Shown here piece after piece: positions 40,234 through 51,948 of a stretch of 64,000 nucleotides of DNA. The notes beneath the pieces were generated by a model. The model had not been told where the DNA came from and searched no databases. It saw nothing but the letters and a program-made list of their open reading frames with translations. The position numbers and the translations under genes are program-made. Source of the stretch: Calcarisporiella thermophila CBS 279.70 (taxonomy: Eukaryota > Fungi > Calcarisporiellomycota); the NCBI RefSeq assembly GCF_041956535.1, contig NW_027192204.1, positions 615,905 to 679,904 on the forward strand. Reading direction: 5' to 3'. Position 1 is the first letter of the stretch. The number at the start of each line of letters is the position of its first letter.

Positions 40234-40945
40234 TGAAGGTCTGGACCTTCATCCAAAAACGGCCAACCCTCCCAAAACACCGCACACTACGCTGACGAAT
40301 CCTCGTAGAGCGTGTAATTACAAATTCGACATTCCCTGGTGATGACCCGAAATGTACTCGCTGTAATGCTCCGAGGGACACCATCCATCATACCTTCTTC
40401 GAATGTCCCGAACTCACATCAGTGTGGCTTTGGGCGAAGAGGTGTATCAACACCATCTCAGGCCCCCTAAACACTCAGGTGCTGAACTCCAGGAATCTCG
40501 TACTTGACGACCTACCAGAAGCCCCGAGGACAGTAAGACACACGGCTCAAATCATCTTCGATTCGGTATTATGGCAAATCCATCGGGACCGAATCGCCTA
40601 CCACTTCGAATGCACTCGAGCACCACCCGAGACAATCATCGTCCGTGCCGAAATGGACATCGAGGAGGTTATCGGAGGTGAACTAATAAAGGCACGAAAA
40701 AGACGAGAGATGGAGTTATTTCGAAGAAGGTGGTGCAGTCAGGGAGCGGTAACAGAAAGTTCGGATAGAGCAAAACTAAAACTGGAGTGCCGAAGCAACC
40801 CTTCCTCTCTCCCTATCCGCTCTTTACCTCCTCCCCTCCACTTTACTTCATATCTTTCACCAAATACCCGATCACTATATACATCTAAGCTACTCTTTAT
40901 TCCCTTACTTCACGTTTATCACCTTCTCACTATTGATCAAAAAAA
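40234..40945 (+). mobile_element. Element D: 5'-truncated LINE ORF2 C-terminal fragment
   Basis: KVWTFIQKRPTLPKHRTLR*RIL...CTRCNAPRDTIHHTFFECPELTSVW; one in-frame TGA (40293); A7 tail at 40939-40945; TSD degenerate. Confidence 0.85.
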
Positions 40946-40968
40946 GCAGGAGTTTCTAGGTTATTGCG

Positions 40969-41385
40969 GGGGGTGGAGTAGCTTAGTGGTAAGCGCTCCT
41001 CGGTGCCATCGAAATGGCAGGGGTTCGAATCCCGTAACCCCCACAAGCACAAAAAATGTGTCTGGACTCTCCACTAATTCTGTGTCCTGCTTGTCGTGTC
41101 TATGCTCTCCATTACTCTTATTTCTGTCTTTTCCAGCCCGATTCTCTACAATCACTCTTCGTCCTGTTTTGTCTGATCTTCTCCTTATTACTGTCTCTCA
41201 TTACTGTCCCTTGCTCGCCGTAACTGTCGTGTCTGGTTATTCTACTATTGCTGTTTCTTAATTGTTCTGTAACTTCTGCCAGCAATTGGCTATAATCTAC
41301 ACAAAGGCCGTACAACCTTTGATTCCTCTTCAACGATTAACTCCATGAGGATACTTTTCAATAAAGATCCGTAGCTTCAAAAAAA
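40969..41385 (+). mobile_element. SINE 2 (tRNA-derived head, poly(A), 15-bp TSD)
   Basis: A box TAGCTTAGTGG; B box GGTTCGAATCC; GGGGGT/ACCCCC acceptor pairing; A7 tail. TSD TTCTAGGTTATTGCG (40954-40968) / TTCTGGGCTATTACG (41386-41400), 3 transitions. Confidence 0.85.
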
Positions 41386-41400
41386 TTCTGGGCTATTACG

Positions 41401-42246
41401 AAAATAGCTGGTGTCAGTATCAAGCTTTATTCTATCAAGTTCGGCTGACTATACCAGATATCACCAGATCCAGTAGCAGTAACCAGAGAATGGGCGCATT
41501 TCACCTCAGATGGGGGAGCGTGGAGAAGAGCCTGGAAGAATTGGCCAAGACGCCCAAGCGAGCCAAGGGAAAAGACCTTTCGATGACGTATACTTCAACA
41601 TAAGTTAATTACAGCAAGAATTGCTTAACATTTCGACCTTTCTAGCCCCAACTGCAAGAGATGCCGACGAGAAATGGTAGAGACCATAGAACACGCCTAC
41701 TTTGAATGTGCGAGAATTTGAGACCTTTGGAGTGGGTTTGACAGGCTCCATCAAAAGATCCTCGATAAGCCCTGGATAAGCATGCAAAAGTATGAGAAAC
41801 TCTTAGGATTCCACGAGGAGACACAAGGCAAAAATCGACAAGTCTCCGTGTTGTTACACGACATCATGGTCTGGAGTTCACATAAGACAAGGGTCGCAAT
41901 TGTCATGGACAACCAAGAACATGAGGGCATCGCATTCAAGAGTATCTTTTTATCAGACCTACTCATAGCAATTAAAGGACGATGGATACAAATACAGAGG
42001 AATAAAGCTGAAGAAAATTTCAAACAGAAATGAGGAAAGAGCTCGCTAATCCGGATCAATGATAACAAAGAAGTAGTTTTCGATCTCGAGGAAGCAAAGA
42101 ATACATAGTTTGATCCTCTTAAGCACGGAGCCCTTTAAGCTTCATCCCTTGTTTTCTTGTACCTAATAATCTTCATCCCTAACATATAATATAGTTTAAA
42201 TTAACCACAGGACGCAAATTCTCGCGTCCTTAGAGGAAAAAAAAAA
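41401..42246 (+). mobile_element. Element E: decayed 5'-truncated LINE ORF2 C-terminal fragment
   Basis: WRRAWKNW...EKTFR*RILQHKL...CKRCRREMVETIEHAYFEC; five in-frame stops and no frameshift; native stop 42106-42108; 3' hairpin AGGACGC/GCGTCCT; A10 tail. Confidence 0.87.
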
Positions 42247-42260
42247 TATTCTGGGTTGCC

Positions 42261-42586
42261 GTCGCCCTAAGATTAGCATAGTGGTTTGGGATCCCGTAGC
42301 CGAATCACTAGGTTGCGGGTTCGATTCCCATAGGCGACACCCCGTCCATGAGAGTTTGCCGAGTTTTTCACAGGACTGGATCGCTATCAATAGTATAGCA
42401 ACAAGCAAGTAATATCAAGCGGCTACAAAATTAGGTAGCAAAAATCTTTAGGAGAAAAGTCCAACTGCAAAAATGGGGGGTCAGGGGCAGTACCTTGGTG
42501 ATTTTGACGTTGAAGTCTACCCTTTCATTCCCTTCAGATAAAATTATCAAGTGGACGTAGAATAATTCGTTAGGTATGAAAAAAAA
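42261..42586 (+). mobile_element. SINE 3 (tRNA-derived head, LINE-C-like 3' segment)
   Basis: A box TAGCATAGTGG; B box GGTTCGATTCC; GTCGCC/GGCGAC pairing; about 40-nt match to the element C 3' UTR; A8 at 42579-42586. No clear TSD. Confidence 0.75.
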
Positions 42587-43214
42587 CTTATATTGTCTTC
42601 TGCTTTAAAGCCCCTTAAAATTTCGCTGATTTAGTACTTTCGCATACTTCAATCGCCTATCGGGTTTTGAGCAATTGTTTCTCCGGTTTCCAAACATTTT
42701 CACGCAAAATGTTGGCGTCATTTGTTAAGATGGATACACTTAATAATCAGGTGCATTCGTACAATCAGATTCATTGATATTCAGTGTTGTACTTTATGGG
42801 GGGGTTCATTGTATAGATAAAATAACAATGGGAAGAGGATATCTTGTTTTTACGCCATCGCTTAGTGGTTTTATCTGGATCTGGTAGAGCGAGCACTAGT
42901 GCTGACGTTAGAGTGATTTTGAAGTTTTCAGAATCAGTTTACTCGTGTATTGTCCATTCTCCTTCAGCGGATATGTAATCTGCACATTTTGCTGTAGGGA
43001 ATATCTCTCTATAATCTCCATAATCACTTGGAATATTAAAGTGGGCTTAAAAAATAGTGAGATATAGACATTTATCGAATACATATTGAGAATACAAAAT
43101 TGATTGTCCATGGATAGACATCAATATTGAAAGGATATATAATAGGATAAAAGAGTTAGTCAGGTAATATAGAGTTATCTTTAACTAGCTATGAATTCAT
43201 TAAATAAAAAATTG

Positions 43215-44095
43215 TTACACCAGTAATGGCGCTCCGATGTCTTGTCTTCGTACCCATTCTCTTCTCAGTTTTGGCCATCCAACTATTAACAACGCAATTA
43301 TAGCACATCCCAATAGGGACCAGCTTATGATAATATCGTGTTCTTTTAACCATGCCATCACAAGTGAACCAATTAAGACACTCCATGCTATATAATCATT
43401 GAAAAATTTAACACTTCCCCAACTCATCACAGCTATTGTAATAGCACCGGCGACGTTAAAGATTTGCCATGCTTGGGGTAGGGTATATTCAAACACACTA
43501 ACAGCTAGGACTACAGATTCAATGACGCTCCAGGTATAAAAGAGAGAGAAAGCTGCTCGGACAAAAAGCTTATCGGAGTAAGATTCTAGATTTAATAAAT
43601 GCACTCGCTTATAAGCTTGGAAAATAGTTATGCAAAGTCCAGTAACAACGAGCAATGTAAAATGTGATGACCAAGCAACATGCTAAATAGATTGAGTGGT
43701 TAAGATGTAGAAAAGATTATACCATCCTGATTATTGACATACCATAAATTTGAGGAAAATTGCAAGAATAAGAGAAGCGATGACGTACCACCATGCCACT
43801 GCCTCAAGTGCAGTCAGTGCGGTTGGAAACCACTGGTATATAACGAAGCCTCCCAATAGTACAGATGTAGCCCACCTATATAAGTTTTCTATTTTAGCTA
43901 TGCCTCGCTCTTCAACTACAATGGTAGGTTAAAACGCTTGATATTAATGACTGACCAAAGGAATTGCATAAAAATGGGAACAGGCCTAAGTGAAGAGTCA
44001 TATCCAAAGCTAGGAAGGTGAAGCCTAGATATTTCTAGGACGGAAATGTAAGAGAGAACATTACAAATTCGAATTGTGAGTTCTTTTTGACTCAT
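43215..44095 (-). CDS. Multi-pass membrane protein of an uncharacterised fungal family
   Basis: MSQKELTIRICNVLSY...QFLW/ATSVLLGGFVIYQWFP.../...KLFVRAAFSLFYTW...EWVRRQDIGAPLLV; two short introns; about 7 hydrophobic segments. Confidence 0.7.
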
Positions 44096-44812
44096 TATTG
44101 AATATAAAGAATGGGGTTCACGTTATTCTTTCGTGAGAAAATCTTCAAATCTAAATTGATAGCGCGCAGTCTGAATAGTAACGTACTGTTGAATATTCCA
44201 TTTAATCAGAATAATTTATTACTATTATTATCGTGGCAATAAGGTATAATATTTTGAATCGGCACGTTTAGGCGTTAATGGTGACAACATGGTATTATTC
44301 ACTTTAAAGAGTTAATATAATGGGGGTAAAACTTGAATATATGTTCATGGGTGGAGACACACAAGACATGGAGAAGCCAGTCACGCGGTATACGTGACAA
44401 TTTTTATTCCCCAGAGTGAAAGTCAGAACATCTCTAAAGTGAGAGAGCTAAAGTTAACGGCTTCAGTCAAATTTTTAACAACTAACATTTTTTCTTCAAT
44501 AATGGTTTATAATAACCATTATTGACATATGAGAACTTGCTCTCTACTCTCTTTCCTTTTGAGATTTGATGATATAAATAATTTGTTTTGTTTCCTGGTG
44601 ATTTCTTGTTGCTCCTACGTTTCCATTCTATCTCCTCACTCTTTTTTGTTTTTCGCATTCATTTATTATAAATTATTTCCAAAAAAAAAAGAAACAACAA
44701 TTTCTTCCATTTTCTGTCAGTTATACTGCGATCACATCAAGATCTTTTTAATTAAGTCTGACCAACCTCTAATAATCTCCTTTATATTGGTGGCGTTGAC
44801 TGACGCTCTAAC

Positions 44813-47800
44813 ATGTCGGATGGCATCGCGTCCGATCGGCACAAGCAGATACAGCATGTGGGCGTTAGAGTAGAACCTAAGTATTTCAGGTATGAATTTA
44901 AAGCGATTTTGTTAAGGCAACAAGCAGAGAATGATTAAAGGCTTGCACTAAATGATAATATTATTCAACCTATTCTCTAAATTATCTAGGGATCCCACTA
45001 CTCGTGAATCCATCAGTTCTCTCGTGCACACCGTGACCTCGTACGCACAGAACATTTCGCGCCGCCTTAGTACTCCACATGTTCCATCATTTCCTCATCC
45101 CAATGTATCAGATCCGCGCTTGCGTCATGCACCACATCCACCGTTTGCGGTAGATGAACAGCATCTCCAGTACACCAATTTTACTACTCCTTCTGGAGAA
45201 GAGATTGATAGCAACGGTATTTTATGTTCAAAATTTGCTTGGCTTGACAGATCAAGATTTTGTCTCCTTCTGGGGTATAATGATGGATTTCAGGTATGGG
45301 ATGCGAGCGACCCTAATAACATCCATGAGCTTGTATCAGTTCGAGATCAGCAGCTTGGACCAGTAACTTGGATTGGGGAGATGCCTGAAGGTGTTGGCTC
45401 CGGTCTTGACGATGTTGAATGGGAAATGGGAGACTCAAAGAATTGCAAAGTAATTAGCCCGCTCCTAGCATTGATTGCTAAGCCAAATATATTGTCATCC
45501 CGGCTTGAATCTCGTTCGCTTCTTCACTTTTACTCTCTCCGCTTGCACAAAATCATAAAGACGATAGAGTTTGGAGAGGAGGATGAAGGAGGAGGCGAAA
45601 TTGTGTCTTGCCAGTGTGTTCGGCAGGTGATAGTTGTTGTAAGTAGTACAAAATATCACGAAAATCTTCTGTGAAAATATTTCTAATAATATGTTTGGTA
45701 GGCCACCACGACCACACTTCATTTCCTGTCTGCCCCCACTCTTACTCGCACAATCCCAATACTCTCCGATATTGCTGTGTCCTCTAACAATGAGCTTCCG
45801 GCTTTCGCACTCGGTTCTCGCTGGCTTGCCTACGCTTCCTCTTCTCCTATTCCCTCTTCTCGCCGAAGTAGCTCAAATGCGGAAGCAATTGGTGGAGATC
45901 GTGCCTACGATAAGGTGGCAAAAGAAGTGGCTAAAGAAGTAGTCCAGGGCGTTAAAGCAATCGGTGACTATGGTTATCAAACGCTATCATCTCTATTTTC
46001 CAATTCCATGCCCGCTATGACTTCTGGCGGAGCAGGTGGTATGGGAATTGGAGGGGGAGCATACTATGGAGGTGGAAGAATTTCTGCGGGATCACCAGTA
46101 CCTCCCTCACCATCATTTAACTCACGGCGATCAGCAAGTCTATCATCGCCTTTTCCTAGTCCTTTAAACCAGGTCAGCGGAGGAGGCACAGGATGGTATC
46201 CGAACGGACCGACCGGGAAGAGTGGAAAGGAGGGAGAAAACGCAGCAAATGAAACCGGCATAATCATGATCAGAGATCTACAAGCAATGCAGGCTAATAC
46301 CGGTAACAAAGGAGGAAGCGGGGGAGTGATTGCCCATTTCAAAGCCCATTCCAACCCTATCTGCATGCTTTCCTTTAACCTTGCTGGCACGTTACTGGCT
46401 TCTGCCTCCACACAAGGTCATACATTCCATGTCTTTGAAATTAGCCAGCGACCTCTTTCTGGCAATGCTGAGGTTCGACATCTCTATAAACTGAGCCGAG
46501 GCTATACGCTTGCAAGTGTGGTGGATATGCACTTCAGCACCGACTCGCTTTGGCTTGCCGTAAGTACAGCCCGTGGAACAACACATATGTATGCAATTAA
46601 TCCGTACGGAGGCGCCTCACATGTTGAATCGCATGTGAAGGGGCATGTTGTTAACGGGAGGAACCTGTACCCATGGACAGTCGTTGAACGAGGAGAACCT
46701 GTGACCATGAATCCAATCCTTCGTTTAAGGCTACGATCGCAGCCATTCTTGGAGGCAAAGGAATCGGTAGGGGAGCAGCAATATCACCAGCAACACTCAA
46801 CGCAACCCTCGCCACAGCGGTACACCCCCGATGGGACACCGCCTTACTATGACCATTACACTTTCCCTCCTTCACTCCCATCCTCTTACACAGGAGAGAG
46901 TGCCTTTGAATCTCGGCGACCTGGCATGTCTGCTTATTTCGTTCCACCTGGGATGCCACAATTGACGTTTTCATCTCCTCATATCCCATCTTCGCCTTCG
47001 AGTAACTCGGCACATTCTCCTTCTGGTATCTCTCTATCGGCACCTACATCTTCAATGTCAAAACAACTTTCTCGCGCGGGAAGCGCCCTAAAAGACTTGA
47101 AGCGGCGGTCATCTTCTCTGACCTATATGGCCGTTAATCAATTGGTGTCAGCAGTTTCGGCTGGTAACAATGTTTCCCATTACCAATCACCATATGGAGC
47201 CTCCTCCAATGCAGTCGGTGGTGATATCGGAAGTAATGTTATGAGCAGTCATAATAAGCGCGCATCATGGGCATCAAGTGGGAGCGATCCCGAGGAGGCA
47301 ATGATGTTTGCTTTCGAGGAGGAAGAGCGCAAAAAGAAAAATCACTATAGTGCCACGAAACCAGAAACAACGCAGGAGTGTACGACGCAGGACGTGTGGA
47401 CGCTCCATCCTGCTAAAGGCACCTTAACCCTTCATCGAGTATGGATAAGCGCGACATGGAGAGAAAAGAGAGAGCGAGGAAGACATATCATGGTTCCGGA
47501 ACTTGTGGTGGGCCAAGAAGCAATTGCAGAATGGGGAATAACCCGAGGTGCTGATTGGGACGAGGTGAAAGTGGCGATTCGTACTGGAGAAGAGAAGGCG
47601 GGTAGTGGTGTTAATCTCAACAATGTGGGTACGGATGATGCGGATGTAGCCATGGCTCAGACAAAGGTGTCTGGGAAGAAACAAATGGCCAACGGGCGCA
47701 AACCTTCTTCCTTCCGCTGGCTTGCTAACGCTGAGATTGCAACTCATGCAATTACACCCTATTCCCCGCCCTTTTTCACATCTTCTCAGTTTACCTGCCA

Positions 47801-48351
47801 CGTCTACATGGGCGAGTATGAGCATGAACTGGTTGCGGGGCGAGTGCCCATGACACGGATAGTGGATGTGAAGAAAGGGGAGGTATTCTTTGGAAGTGCC
47901 ACTGGCAGCAATGCTAGGCAAAAGCTGGTGCAGCCGCTCAACTCCATCAAAGGATCAGGAAGAGGCGGTGAAGGGGATGGAGAGGATTTGGCTGGGAACC
48001 TGTCTTTAGCGATGCGAACCAAACTGGAGTTTGATCCGTCGATGGCCAGTACTCCCATCATAATTGGTGGGAGCGAGGGAAGTTCTGGACATGGTATACT
48101 TAGCAAAAATGGTTCACTTTCTTAATAGCCAATACTAAACAGTTTCTACTTCCTATTTATGCTCCTTAGAATCCCTATCTTTCGATGACGCATTCATGAT
48201 ACAGGGCGATGAAGGAGGAGGGTTCGCGAAGCTTGCAACTGATGAGGAGTTTCGGATTGTGTTTGAGCAGGTCGGTGGAGGAAATACGGATGCGTTTTTA
48301 CATCCCTCTGCAGGGGATGCTAGTAGAAGAAAGACATTGGATGATAAATAG
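44813..48351 (+). CDS. BCAS3: BCAS3-like WD40 autophagy-related protein
   Basis: LLLGYNDGFQVWD, FALGSRWLAYA, IAHFKAHSNPI, HLYKLSRGYTLA, STARGTTHMYAINPYGG, WLANAEIATH; three introns. Confidence 0.88.
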
Positions 48352-50155
48352 ATGTGAATTTTTATTCCTTTTTATTTTTTTTTCTTTGAAGGTCTCGTTT
48401 ATTATTTCGATTCAAATGCAAATTTTAAAGTTTAGGTTTTTTTTTGCTTTTTTATAATTTTTTTTTCTTGGATTCCTTTCCTCTATTAAATTTTTCCTCT
48501 TATTATTCTGTTTAAATACCGTTTTTTCACACCTTTTCTTTGCTTTATATTATGTATTATAAATTTTTGATCTTGTGTTTAAAGCTACAGCAACGAAAAA
48601 TAAAAAAAACTTCAAGAAACTCTTATGAGAAAACTATCTTGTTATACGATTTGAAGATTTAGTACACTCTCCGAGGCCGAAAAATACTAGGCGCTGGAAC
48701 TTGAGCACTGGATTGCGATAACAAAGACCTGCTAATATTCCAAACATGAATGATTTGTTAAGGCGCTCACCAATTGGAGATAAATATAAGTTTGCTGAAC
48801 AAAATAGTAGGAGGCTGGGATTGTAATCGAAAATCCCAAATTTTCACAGACCAGTGTAAATTTGCAGCCGAATGTATCAGATTGGATAAATATCCTGTAG
48901 TGAGAGATATCCCTCTCAGCCTCAGGCTTCGTTACTTATATGAGCGTGGCTTAGCATTTGAATTTACGTAAGTACTTGGACACGGCTAGTATGCTTGTGA
49001 AGCGTTGCCATTGTTTAATATTCGAAATAAAATCTTTTTTCGAAAACTTAAAATAGAAGAGCCTGAGTATAAGTTAAATGAGCTCGATTCATTCGTATTT
49101 TTCAGAGTACGCATTTATTGAGTATATATATAAATGTATTTACATGCGTGTAGTGGGTTTTTGTGCTATTCAGCAGGTCTCATTTCTCCAGTTGAATCAA
49201 CTTCAGCCCAGCAAGGTACCTTAGATTTGAAGCCACATTTCTTAATTTTTTTGGTCACTATCTTTTCCTTCCAAGAGCATCTATAACCGTCGGTGGACAC
49301 ATATCCATGAATGACAAGTCATTTTGTGTAAGGCACCAAGGGATTGATGCAAGGAGGTATCACTGCATTGCCTGTTTTCCTTGAGCCAAGCCAAATAACT
49401 ACAAATAAGCATTAATTTCATCAATAGTGAGCCCAATCTTCAGATAGCCAAGGAATCTTAGGATATCAAATCCAAAGTGCTTAATCAGCCCTAGGTATAT
49501 GAATTTGAAAATTTTATTTTTGCGATGAGCTCATGAAAATTTTAACAGCAGGATGAGTGATAGAATGAATGATGGGTGGTTTTGTAATTAACAGATGAAC
49601 TGGTTTAAATTGAAATATACATTAATTTTTTAGGTTAATCCAAGCAAAATGTACGTAAAATTGGAGTATAAATCATTCATTATGTAGCTTACGTATCAGA
49701 TGTTTTTCTCAGGTATATACAAATATATTTGAAATTTCTACGTATATTATCCCCTCAAAGCCTCTCTTATCCCTTATAGTAAATCCCTTTTATCATATTC
49801 TATTTTTACCGTCATTAACAAAAATATTCTTTAAATTATATTGTCTTTTTTGAGGATTCCCAAACCAGCATAATCGTTCCTTTTTTTTTCTTGCCTATGC
49901 ACATCTCATCTGTGTTGGGCTTCATTGCTTTTCCAGCACATAATAGTTAGAGAACCAATTCTCTTGTTCTATTTTAATCCTCTTTGTTGACATCTCTGGT
50001 TACCTACCATTTCACACTATCTTCATATCGCTAGATTGAAATATAGATTCTCCTCTCGCACTCATTACCATTCCCTCCCTCCTTGCTTTAGTTTTCTTCG
50101 TTTTTTCTCCCTTATCTCCTTTTGATCTCCCACCTCTAGATACTCATATTTCACA

Positions 50156-51557
50156 ATGTCATTCCCTTTAAGTCGCCCACCAACATTAAGACGCCTAATA
50201 TCTGACTCCACCGCATCATCTTCAAACTGGGACTCATTTATCTGGCTTGCCCTATATTTTTTCTTCAATCTAGGGCTAACTATCTATAACAAAGTGGTGA
50301 TGCAGCTATTTGATTTTGGATATCCGTAAGTTTCTGCGAACATTAATTGCACATTGAATCTCTTTTCCTCCCTTGATATACATGTATTAATATACATATG
50401 TGGACAATTTACAATATAGATGGACATTGACGGGTATCCATACCTTTTGCGGGGCATGTGGGGCTTATATAGCCTATCAATTGGGCTACTTTAGACCGGC
50501 AAATCTGGGAGAAAGGGAAAGCATGGTTATGCTTCTTTTTTCAGTACTCTATACAATAAATATAGCCATCAGCAATGTTTCCTTGTAAGTGTTTTAATTT
50601 TTGTAAAGATATGACTGATATGCGCCTACCAATTTTAAATTGTTTCTTATTAGGAATCTTGTCACCGTCCCGTTTCATCAAGTGGTGCGAGCGATGACAC
50701 CACTCTTTACAATTATTTTATCGGTGATCTTTCTTAAGAAGCACTACTCAGTCATGATATATATTTCACTTATTCCAGTAAGTTTCACTGGAAGATTATT
50801 TATATCTTTATGATCAGAGTCTCATCTGTTTATCTTTTAACTCTTCTAGGTGATTGCTGGTGTAGCTTTTGCTACTTTCGGGGATTATAATTATACTCCT
50901 ACGGGTAGCTGCTGAAAAATTCGATTTCTATTTTTTAACATTTTTACTTACGCAAATGCTCTTTCTTGGTATACAGGATTCTTTTTAACGGTTCTTGGAG
51001 GTGTGCTTGCAGCGCTCAAGACTGTTGTCACAAATCGGGTTCAAGTGGGTCGTCTTAAACTTCACCCATTGGATCTCTTACTGCGTATGTCACCGCTTGC
51101 TTTCGTCCAAACAATGATATACGCATATGTGACTGGCGAACTAGCGGAACTCCAGGAATTTGCCTACACGGGTGCACTTAACTCTGTCCTTTGTGTTGCC
51201 TTATTGGCAAATGGAGTAATAGCCTTCTTTTTGAATGTCGTAAGTTTTACGGCAAACAAGAAGACGAGCGCCCTAACGATGACGGTCGCTGGAAATGTGA
51301 AACAGGTGTTAACAATTGTGCTCGCGGTGGTTATATTCCACCTCAATATTACTCTCATGAATGCCCTTGGTATTCTTTTGACCTTGGTGGGCGGTGCATG
51401 GTACACTAAAATTGAGTTAGCCGAAAAACAGGGCAATGCGAAGAGTGGGTTCTCCCTGTCTGCAGTGGCGGCTAATGGCCGCAAGCTAACTCCAGGAGAC
51501 TCCATCCTAGGGACGACTGGAAGCGAAACCCTTGGAGGGATACGAACATCTCGATAA
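50156..51557 (+). CDS. Triose-phosphate/nucleotide-sugar transporter family (SLC35E-like)
   Basis: YFFFNLGLTIYNK, LYTINIAISNVSL, VPFHQVVRAMTP, LKLHPLDLLLRMSPLA, NKKTSALTMTVAGNVKQ; four introns. Confidence 0.92.
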
Positions 51558-51948
51558 CCACTACCACATACTTTTATATATATTCTCTTATATTCTTAAT
51601 TTCACTCTATTCATTTTATTCTTTTCAAGCTGCTTGGAAAAAAAAACTATGGTTATAACACTGTGAGAATTCTGTCCAAGAAAAACCAAAAAAAAACTGG
51701 TATCTTTGAATAATCCTTTATTATTATCACAGTATTATTTTAACTCTGATAGATCATTGCGTCTCTCCAATTTCTTTCTTTTTTTGTTGTTTGTAATTAT
51801 TTATTATTGAAAACGGAACCGCCAAATATGCTCGATATATTTTTTTCCCTTGTATAGCTTTTTTTTATAAAATCTTTTATTTTTGGGCATTAATAGACAA
51901 TGTCATTTTAATACAAGTTTGAGATATAAGGTCAAAGGAATTAGTAAG

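Noticed and set aside
40422-41261. 279-aa ORF as a host gene
   Set aside because: Read-through from the LINE D ORF2 fragment into its UTR and SINE 2.
38634-42257. Recurring short direct repeats as a CRISPR-like array
   Set aside because: Eukaryotic context; the intervening segments are 280-930 bp retroelements with A-tails, and the repeats are offset TSDs.
49440-49490. U53-like guide (TTCCTTGGCTATCTGA, minus strand)
   Set aside because: No convincing C box at a suitable distance, and it overlaps a + strand exon-like segment.
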